A stretch of DNA of 63,946 nt, counting the filler, from Conidiobolus incongruus B7586 (taxonomy: Eukaryota), in NCBI GenBank assembly GCA_000697335.1. It is 5 parts of 5 records of this genome, joined end to end, with 100 filler letters (N's around TTAATTAATTAA, not from the genome) between each part and the next. Parts side by side here need not be neighbours in the genome. Positions count along the whole stretch, not along the records: positions 46,172 to 59,669 come from JNEM01006290.1; positions 59,770 to 62,837 come from JNEM01006299.1; positions 62,938 to 63,946 come from JNEM01006337.1; 2 more parts are not named here. One strand, given 5' to 3'. The position numbers and the translations under genes are program-made. The number at the start of each line of letters is the position of its first letter. Position 1 is the stretch's first letter. Below, in pieces: positions 54,001-63,946 of the stretch. Below the pieces are notes generated by a model. That model was not told the DNA's origin. It saw only the letters and a list, made by a program, of their open reading frames with translations, and did no database searches.

Positions 54001-55728
54001 TCCAATAATTACACTAGTATTTTTTGGTTAATGGATAATAATTATTTTATTTCAAAATATTTATATAATATATAATATAATTATGATGATTATGATAGAT
54101 GAATATGATAGATGCTATATAGCTACTTATAGCATTTTGCTAAGATAATATATTGCATATAAGTAAATATAAAAATATTCGTAATCAAATTTTATTCTTA
54201 TTCAATAGTGAGTATAGATGTTATTAAATGCTTTAAAAAATATTTAATCATTAATCAACAAGATTTAAAATTATGTATATACATAATTTTAATATAATTC
54301 AATTAGTAATTTATGTTTATATATTATCACAATATACACATTATAATTTTAGAATTGGTTACTAATTTCCAAATTTCCTATTTTGAAAAAACAATAAAGT
54401 ATCTTTTTTACATGTTACACATTTATAATGCATGATATTGTAGCATAATACTATAAAAATAGAAAATCAATTAACATATCAATTATCCTATAATAAAAAG
54501 AAATGGATATAAACTTTAAATATTCTATAAGCTTGATTGAAATTGAATCAAGAATTGACACTATTAGTTAAGTTGTTAATTTGGCTTTTGTATTCGAATT
54601 TTTAAATCATTTTGTTATTTTCATTTAAATAATCACCAACGATTTAAGCAAAATTTAAATTATTTAACCGATTCAATATACCTTACACCAAAAAATTATA
54701 AACAATTATGCTCCAACTCATTATTAGATAACAAATATCAAATAGCAAGGTCTTTAGAATATGAAATATTCCAATGTTACCCATAATTCATATTGCGATT
54801 TGGAAATTTCAAAAATATTGAAAAACTGTATTGAAACATGTGAAAACGAAAAGCATTTACTTTTGGAATCTAGGAATATAAAATAATGAAAATATTAGTT
54901 GAACCATTTCTGAATATACAGCTAATTTTTATTATATATATATATAGTTTCCAGAAATCATTTTCTCTGATATAATATTCCTTTTTGGTAATTTTATGAG
55001 TGAAAATCCTGTTTTTGGAATTTTAATTATGGTAGATTTATTAATTATTATGATTTATATATTGCATGATTATTTCAATTCTTGATATTGAAAAATATAT
55101 GGAAGGATTAAACTCTTTTTAAGAATATAAATACTAGATAATCTATAAAATATAATATAGAAGTGTTATCATTAAATCTATAATTTATTTATATGAGAGA
55201 TTTAATATATTTCAATTTTCTGAAATACTAAGGAATAAATTTACATATCAATACTGACTAATTTTCGAAATAATTTAAACGTGTTAATTTGATATCATTA
55301 ATAATATTTTGCCTATGGAGTATTAATTAAATAATTTATTTACAAATCCAAATAATAGACTGCTTTTATTTTCTACTCTAAACAAATTAATTAAAAAATC
55401 TATTTAATTCAAATAGTAAGAGAATACTTAGTACTCCTTATCTTCAATACAATATTTGATCTTACTAATATATTTATTTATTTCTAAACTCTTGTTTAGC
55501 AAATGATATGATTGGATAATAATCCCTTTTCCAATTTTAGTAATCCACACATTAGAAAACTGGTCATTTTGTCACAAACACTTAAATAATTTAGACGCAG
55601 CATTCATATTCGATCCAGTGGATTTCATGAAATCACCTTATGAAAAAGTATAAATTAAAACTAGAACCTGACTTAAGCTTCATTACACTTTATAAAATTT
55701 CTTCAAGTTAATAATATCATAGAACACA

Positions 55729-56961
55729 ATGGTAAACAATCCTTTGCCAACAGATTTAGCTAGCGAATGTAAGAAAGCTGCAAAAATTCTCAACAGTTTT
55801 ATCGATCCCGTTCATGCTGGAGGTATTGACTCAGTTGTTCCTCCAAACATTTTAAAAAACGCTAAAGGTTTCGCTATTTATACTGTTTTAAAAGCTGGTT
55901 TTGTTTGGTCAGGAAGAGCTGGTTCTGGCCTTGTAGTCGCTAGACTTCCTGACGGTTCTTGGTCTGCTCCTTCTTGTATTGCCACTGCTGGTGTCGTAAG
56001 CAAATATTAATTTTTTAAATTAAGTTTAAAACTTAACTTTTGACTTCTTAGGGTGTTGGTGGCCAAATCGGAGCTCAATTAACTGATCATTTAGTAATTT
56101 TAAATACCACTGATGCTGTAAAAGCTTTTAGTGAAGGTGGAAACGTCACACTTGGTGGAAATCTATCAAGTAAATAATTAATTAATTATTTTAATACTCA
56201 ATTTCTTAATTAACATTTGTGGAAAATAGTTGCTGCTGGTCCCGTTGGACGCTCTGCTGAAGCTGCAGGTGCCGTTGCCCATTTTGCTGCAATTTATTCT
56301 TATAGGTATTATTAACATTTCTTCATTCGATATATTTTACTAAATTATTTTTTAATTTCAGTAAATCCAAGGGTTTATTTGCTGGTAAGTAAAATTTTGT
56401 CAACACTTTTCCCTGTTATATTTATCTATTTTAGGTATTTCAATTGAAGGATCTGTTCTTGTTGAAAGATCGGACGCTAACCAGAAGTTTTATGGTAGAA
56501 AGATTAAGGCTAAAGAGCTCCTAGGTGGTGCTGTTCCACCTCCTGCCCAAGCCAGTGCTCTTTATGCTGCTTTGAATGCTAAGTGCTCTGGTGGCGCTAG
56601 CCCTTTAATGAATGCCAGTTCTACTCCTTCTTTAAATTCTAGGCTCTCTGACGTTCCCTCGCCAACTTCTTCATTCAACAATCATCAAGAAACTCTACCA
56701 AGTTATCATCCTGGTGGCTTCACAATGCCTCAAACACAAGGTAAACGTCCTCCTCCCCCTATACCACAAAGACCAAGTGCCAAAGAGACTGTAGTTGCTC
56801 TATATGACTATACTGCCTCTCAAGCTGGGGATTTAAGTTTCCGTAAAGGAGATATTATTACTGTGATTAAAAAGACGGCGTCTCAGGATGATTGGTGGCG
56901 AGGTTCTTTGAACGGTCAAGAAGGTGACTTTCCTGGAAATTATGTTCAATTAAGGAACTAA
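55729..56961 (+). CDS. YSC84: Ysc84/Lsb3/SH3YL1 protein (SYLF/YAB domain plus SH3), 5 exons
   Basis: NNPLP..L.SECKKAAKIL, KAGFVWSGRAGSG, WSAPS, GGQIG, SKSKGLFAGISIEGS; Pro-rich linker; SH3 ALYDY...DWWRG...FPGNYV. Confidence 0.95.
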
Positions 56962-58699
56962 TTATTATCATATTCATCTTCTTACCTCTCACTGAAAGAA
57001 ACACACTATAACTCATCTTTATTCCTACACTAATTATACCATATTATTTAACAATACTAGCATTATTTTAATTTAATTTACGCTATTGTAATTATTAAAT
57101 CAATATCAAATATTTAGATATTCATATATTTACTATATGTTATATTTTCCATTTATTTTATACAATATTAAGTAATTGGTACCAATGATTACTATCACTC
57201 CACATACATATAATTTCTAATACCATTTAAATTTGATTCTGAATAATATTATAAAATACTTCATAATAGTATCTATGATTTAATTTTGTAGCTAATTATC
57301 AATATTGAACCATAATTTTAATTGCCATTTATCAATATTTTACTCTGACTAAACTAAACAAATACCTCATTAAAATATTCTATATAATCGTTATTCGGCC
57401 TTTATCTATTTTATCAAATTTTAAAAATCGATTGAAGATGATATTTCATGGATAGCCTAAATAACGCATTCAATACTGCTTAGCGTCATTTTATTAAATG
57501 CTAAAATAAGCAATTATATATTACCATGAATTATTACAACCTAATGTCTTATTTGCTCATATTTTAAATTATACAACATCCATTGACTAATCCACAAATG
57601 GGACTGTAATAAGTATTCAAATTCAAATTGTAGGAATATTTTAATGTGATTTAAACTATATTTTTAGTGTAATAATTCAATCATACATTAAAATTATATT
57701 TAACATGACATATGATTTTATTATGATAATCCTATTTACATTGAAATTCAATTTTTATTCAAAGATTAACTGGATATTTAACCAATTATTAAATGCAACA
57801 TTCTTGGAATCAGATTCTCATAAAATACAGCATTTTATATTAGATAATTTATGAATAAATTTTTGAATCAAATTTTAGTTGCATTCAAATTTGATTGATT
57901 TGAATGAATTTATTTCAATATATCAATACTATTAAATGTTCAGTAATAAATAGATTAAATATATATAAAACTTGAGCAATATAAGGTTATAAAATGGACA
58001 GCATTATTTAGTTTTTAATATTTTTTATATACATCAGTGAGCATATACAATGAATAATTTGTTAAATTTAATTAAGCTTGGTACCTGATCATTAATATCA
58101 CAAATATATATGTAAACATTAAATTTGATTATAATATAAGTGGTATTGTATTATTTGAACAGATTACAATTCTGGTATAAATTTTTTGTTTTTTTTTAAT
58201 TTTTGATGAAATAAAATATATATATTAACTTAGAATTAAAGAAATAAGAAATTAAAAAAAATTTTATTTTTAATTAAAATATTAGTTTCAGAAAAAATTA
58301 TTTACAAAATAATAAGGAAATATATAGTTTTAAATTATAAATATATTGATGTATATTGTTTTTTTCATTTTAAAATTTTTTTATTTAATTTAATCAAATT
58401 TAAATAAAATAATAATTATCAAAAATATTCTATTTTATATTAGTAAAACTTAATAACAAACCTTATATTTCTTTTGAAATTTATAAATAATTTGTAAAAA
58501 CATTATTTTTATAAATTTAACTATTTATTTTTAAGTATATCATTTTAAACCTAAAAAAGAAATTATTTAAAAAATTAAAATTAAAAAAAATAATTTTAAT
58601 TATTACTTTTGTTAAAAAACTAGTTCTTTAAATTCTTATATATACTTTTATATAATTTAATTAACTATAAATTATATGATAAATTTATACTTTTATAGT

Positions 58700-59669
58700 T
58701 AAATTAATTATATAAATAGCATTGAATTATTTAATAAACAAGGTTTTTCTTTTTCCTCTCAATACTTACTATTTCTTATCTTTTTCATTATTTTTAAGAT
58801 TAAGACTATATCCTATTAATATTATAATATATTAACCTTACCTAATATAAATCTTAATATATTAGTGACTTATCTTAGTTTGAAGCTTAATTAAACTTTG
58901 TTTATATTTGTATACTATAACTATATTATAATATTACATTCTATATCATACTATTTTTATATTAAATTTTCTTCTATACTATATTAGTATTTATAATTAT
59001 ATTTATATACTAACCTATAAAAATAAATTATAAAATCAAAAACACTTATATTTTTACTAATAACTTAATTAATATTTAAAAAATAAACCCAAATTAAATA
59101 ATTACAATTATAAATATTTATAAATAATATAAATTATTAAATAATGATATCTAGTTATTAATTTATTAAGATGTCAGCCCTCAAACTTTACTTAAGATGA
59201 GTTATTAATTTATAGGTTTTTGGTGATAAAAAGATTAAAACCTTATATATCTACCTTTAGCTTTTCTAAATCTTTTAAGTTTATAGGGTATAGAATCAAT
59301 TAACTTCTTATATTAAAAAGGATTAATCTTGTATTATATTACTTAAATATATTGTTAAAGCAAATCGAAATCTTTTATTAAAAAGAAAGCTTTAATAGCT
59401 TTTTTTAACTGGTCTTAAAGATGTTTGATTAAGTTGAAGTTGAAAAATTCAAAAATTTATTTTATAACTATTATTTTGTTATTTTTAAACTATTTGGTAA
59501 TAAAAGATATAGTATAAAAAAACTTATTTTATTAAAAGATAATATTAAACTTATTTAATTTATATTATTGAATAATTATTTCAATTTATCATTAAAAATA
59601 CTTAAATATATTTTAGTATTAATTCCTTAATTAACTTTAAAAAGATATTTTATATTTAAAGACAATATA
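58700..59669 (-). mobile_element. Highly decayed Ty3/gypsy integrase-region relic; boundaries approximate
   Basis: Diverged similarity to the region starting at 43655; TA-rich; abuts a gap. Confidence 0.4.
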
Positions 59670-59771
59670 NNNNNNNNNNNNNNNNNNNNNNNNNNNNNNN
59701 NNNNNNNNNNNNNTTAATTAATTAANNNNNNNNNNNNNNNNNNNNNNNNNNNNNNNNNNNNNNNNNNNNTC

Positions 59772-61058
59772 AAGGATAACTGCACTCCTATCAATGTAGA
59801 TCTTCATGATATTTTGTATGTTGACAAGGAAAGAGAAGTCGTTTGCGTTGAACCAATGGTTGATATGGGTCAACTCAGTCGTTATCTCTTACCTCTTGGT
59901 TACCAATTGGCTGTTTCTGTTGAAATGGATGATCTTACTGTTGGTGGACTTATCAATGGTGTTGGTATTCAAACCAACTCTCATATCTATGGTTGCTTGA
60001 CTGATACCGTCTCTTCCTACGAAATTGTCTTATCCGATGGAAGCGTTGTTAAGGCTACTCGCGAAGAAAATGCTGATTTATTCTACGGTATCCCCTGGAG
60101 TCACGGTACCCTTGGTTTCTTGGTCAGTGTTGAACTTAAGATTATTCCCTGTAAGCCCTACATGCACCTTAAGTATGTCCCTTGCTATTCTTCTACTGAG
60201 CTCCAAGCCAAAATGGAACACCTTACTCAAGAAAAGGAACCCAATCAATTCATCGAAGTTACTATCTTCAGCAAGGAAACTTCCGTCATTATGCTCGGTA
60301 ACTTCAGTGACCTTCCCTCTGATTTAGGTAATGCTAAGTACAACCCTATTGGTTACTTCTGGAAGCCTTGGTTCTACAAGCACGTTGAAACTTTCTTGAC
60401 CAATGGCGAAGGTGAAGAATATATGCCTCTTCGTCACTACATCCATCGTCACACTCGCAGTATGTTCTGGGAATTGGGTGATTTGATTCCTTTCGGTAAC
60501 CATCCTATCTACCGTTATCTCTTCGGCTGGTTAGGTGCTCCCAAGGTCTCCATTGTCAAGCTTTTCACTAACACTCCCGAAATCCGTCGCAAGACTGTAT
60601 ACAACCACGTCGTTCAAGATATTATGATTCCCATCACTAAGATGAAGGAAGGTATTGAACTCTTTGATGAGCAATTTGCCGTCTATCCCCTGTTGGTCTA
60701 CCCCGTCAGAATGTTCGAACGTCCCAAGGGATACAAGGGTCTCACTTTCCCTCTTCCCAATCCCTCAGATGAAACTAACCCTCCCAGTCAAATGTACTTT
60801 GACCTTGGTGCCTATGGTGTTCCTCCTGCCGTCCGTCAAGGTAAGCCTTGGGATGCCAGAAAGAGTATCCGTGCTCTTGAAAAGTTCACCAGAGATGTCA
60901 AGGGTTACCAAATGTTGTACGCTGATATTTTCATGGATCGTGACGAATTTGAACAAATGTTTGACCACGAAGGTTACCGTGAATTGAGACACAAATATAA
61001 GGCCGTTGGTGCTTTCCCTGAAGTCTGGGACAAGGTCAAGCCTCAATACTCTCGTTAA
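59772..61058 (+). CDS. DHCR24: Delta(24)-sterol reductase (DHCR24/DWF1 family FAD oxidoreductase); 5' end lost in gap
   Basis: VEPMVDMGQ, EMDDLTVGGLINGVG, PWSHGTLGFLV, RHTRSMFWE, HVVQDI, GYQMLYAD, AFPEVWDKV; frame open from the gap edge. Confidence 0.95.
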   Translation, partial: KDNCTPINVDLHDILYVDKEREVVCVEPMVDMGQLSRYLLPLGYQLAVSVEMDDLTVGGLINGVGIQTNSHIYGCLTDTVSSYEIVLSDGSVVKATREENADLFYGIPWSHGTLGFLVSVELKIIPCKPYMHLKYVPCYSSTELQAKMEHLTQEKEPNQFIEVTIFSKETSVIMLGNFSDLPSDLGNAKYNPIGYFWKPWFYKHVETFLTNGEGEEYMPLRHYIHRHTRSMFWELGDLIPFGNHPIYRYLFGWLGAPKVSIVKLFTNTPEIRRKTVYNHVVQDIMIPITKMKEGIELFDEQFAVYPLLVYPVRMFERPKGYKGLTFPLPNPSDETNPPSQMYFDLGAYGVPPAVRQGKPWDARKSIRALEKFTRDVKGYQMLYADIFMDRDEFEQMFDHEGYRELRHKYKAVGAFPEVWDKVKPQYSR

Positions 61059-62937
61059 TATCATTAAACCACATTATTAATTAATTTAATACTACTTTTT
61101 TCTTAACTTTTACATTTTATTTTTTTTTAATTAATTACAATTGTTAATTTTTAAATACCAATTCAAATATATTCAGCTTTTTTAAATATTGTTCGACTTA
61201 GTATAAGATGATTTTTATAATATCTTTTTTAATTCCTATTTGAAAATTTTGAAATATATATTATAATTGTTAATTTTTTAAATAATATACTATTTTCTTC
61301 AATTTAAGTCTTTCAAAACAATCAGACTTTTACAGGTTAATTTCAAAGTAAATAATTCAATAATATAATCAAATATACAATTTTTCAATAAAATATTTTC
61401 TCTTTTAATATTTTCTAATTAATTATACTACAATTAATAATTAACCTGATGAAGTTATTATGAAAATTACTAATATTTTGTTGGAAAGTCATATATATAA
61501 CCTTGGTATAAAAACAAATACAAATCATTAAATTACAGAACATTAGTTAATGGGTATTTAAACATTGTTAAAGCTACTATGTGAAAATAATTTTCAGAGT
61601 GATTATTTCTATTATGTAACAACTTTAATCTAATATTTTGTCAAAAATATCATTATTTTTATACTATATTAAATAATTATAATAAACTAATAATATTAGT
61701 ATATTATCCAATGGATTATATGTTAGATTTTGCAAAAATAATATTTTAATTTTCAACATTAAAATCACAAAACTATAAATAATATTTTTGTTCCAGGTAT
61801 AATATCAAAAACAATCATTAAATTGTATTACATATATCAATTTATTCAGCAATATAATCTAAAAATTATATCTAATATAAAATAGTAGAATTTTCATTAT
61901 TTATTTGATTTTCTTCAACAAATTTTAAAGCCGTCATATACACATCGATAATTAAATTCTATATTATAAAACAATAAAACTGTATTTGTATCATGCGTCT
62001 AAATGGTATGAATATGTTGTGACATTTATTATATATTGAGATAATATTAATAGATATTGTTTAAAAAAAATAGATTGTAAATCAATTACTTTTTCAAGAT
62101 GTATTTTTAAATCATAAAATGTTGCCAAATCAGTGAAAATTGTTCTATTCTTTTGATTATATAACTTGTTATAAATTAATTAGCAACTCCTGATAAAAGT
62201 ATTATTTATATACCGATATTATAAATAAACTATTTTAAATTATGGATTCTAATTACTCATTTCTTAAAAATATATACCATTGTAATTAAATCTTATATAT
62301 TATTTTCAGCCATTTGAATATTTTATATTAAAATAAGTAAAATTTAATTTGATATTGCACAGAGTAGTCAAAGAAAATTAACTACATTTATTTTTTATAA
62401 CAACAGTATGCTTTATATAACACTAATATTAAAGCAATCTTGAGGTGAAAAAATTGGTGATTGTTTCAATACATGTTTCATAAGATCATGATTCAAAATT
62501 TTAAATTTTGTTATTTTGAATTATTTTTTACAATTTATGTTAATATATATAATTATCACAAAATATTTGATGGTTTTGCATATTGATATATAATTTAATG
62601 ATATGAATAGTGTATTTAAATAATTTTTAATATATTATTTCATAATAACACTCTTTAATTTATCAATATATATAATTATCAATATAACTCAAAATAAATA
62701 TATTAAACTATGATTACAAAATTTAAATAATAATATAATTATAAAAATAAATTAAATTAAATATGATCATTAATATATTGACTTTAAACATCAATAAATA
62801 ATATAAATTAATATTTTTTTAAATTATTAATCTTTTTNNNNNNNNNNNNNNNNNNNNNNNNNNNNNNNNNNNNNNNNNNNNTTAATTAATTAANNNNNNN
62901 NNNNNNNNNNNNNNNNNNNNNNNNNNNNNNNNNNNNN

Positions 62938-63946
62938 AAAAGGCTTTTATTTTTATATTTTTAAAACTTAATTATAAACCCTCTAAAATTATCTAAAACT
63001 TGTAAATAGTTTATAAAGATAATGTTTTATCTAAAATTACCATATATCACTAAATTTATAATTTTAATATTAAAAGGGACATTATTTAAAATTTGTTAAA
63101 ATCTAAAATATTAATTTTTATTATTAATTTCTTATTTATAAATAAATAAAAAAATATATTAAGAAATACCTTTTTATTTTTATTAAAGAATTATTAAAAT
63201 AATTTAATATTAATTATATAAGCATATTATATATACTTAAATTTAAACTTAATTTAATTAATAAAAATATAAAATGGATATCTTATAATTTAATAAACAC
63301 TTAAAAGAAAATTAAAATAGTTATAGTTAAACTAAACTTATTAAAATATAACTAAAAACAAAGGTTTTTATAATAAATACTTATAATTAATAAATCTTAA
63401 ATTTCTTTATATAATCTTTTACTTAAAAATAAAACAAGATATTAAGTTAAGTGAAATTAATCCACTTTATAAATCCTAATAAATAAATATTTTAAATATA
63501 AGTAAATATTAATTATTATAATAAATTATAATGGTATATAGTTTTTTTATTTAATATCTCAAGGAAAATCAATTAGTAACAAATTATATATTATTTTTTT
63601 TAAATAAAATAATTTATAAATGGTGCTCTCAATATAAATTAAAAATATTTATTATTTTATATAATAATTATAAAATATATAAAATTAAAGCTATAAAAGA
63701 TTTTATATATAAAAAAACTAGAGAGAGTTACCACATATAGTATATTCACTTGATTATAACCTATATGATTATAATTGTTTTAAACAATTAAAAAAACAGC
63801 TTACAAGAAAAAAAATTCCTGTAAACAAATTAAATTAATTTATAAAATATCAAATTTTAATCGTTAATAAAAAGAATTATTTTTAAATATTAAAAGATTA
63901 CTAAAAATATAAAAAAGAGTTATTAATAATATAACAAGCTATTAAT
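62938..63946 (-). mobile_element. Highly decayed Ty3/gypsy protease-RT relic
   Basis: Minus-strand remnants KFKYII...NKKVFLNI and LVIYGNFR*NII..NYLQVLDNFRGFIIKF follow the RT order (YEY.VMPFG...; DDI.IYS...HL..VL..L...GL). Shares sequence with 45640 and 17160. Confidence 0.5.

Noticed and set aside
1..63946. CRISPR arrays, rRNA, prokaryotic operons, alternative genetic code
   Set aside because: No repeat-spacer arrays or rRNA seen. Intact genes translate cleanly with the standard code and end in TAA/TGA; internal stops occur only in degenerate copies.

Overview
Very AT-rich eukaryotic genomic DNA with short (about 45-60 nt) GT-AG introns. Gene content (delta-6 desaturase, DHCR24, AA11-like LPMO, fungal-type YSC84/PEF1/HEM3) points to an early-diverging fungus, plausibly Entomophthoromycotina such as Conidiobolus (inference only). 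Apparently intact genes: GDA1/CD39 apyrase (3' part), delta-6 desaturase, UTP5/WDR43, an AA11-like LPMO, kynureninase, a penta-EF-hand protein, HEM3, three tandem EHT1/ABHD-like hydrolases, a 440-aa orphan, YSC84/LSB3 and DHCR24 (5' end in a gap). tRNAs: Leu(CAA), Met(CAT), His(GTG). Between them lie many decayed sequences: pseudogenes (P5B-ATPase, RidA, a kynureninase duplicate, tRNA-Leu, a probable GH18 chitinase) and relics of Ty3/gypsy, Tc1, mariner and possibly hAT elements. The most notable signals are (i) a CpA->TpA, RIP-like mutation pattern in a Tc1 relic plus nearly G/C-free gypsy relics, (ii) an LTR-like element 10 bp upstream of tRNA-His, (iii) LTR-like ends followed by a fold-back instead of a tRNA primer site, and (iv) an animal/plant-type sterol 24-reductase. 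Four N-gaps carry an artificial TTAATTAATTAA spacer.
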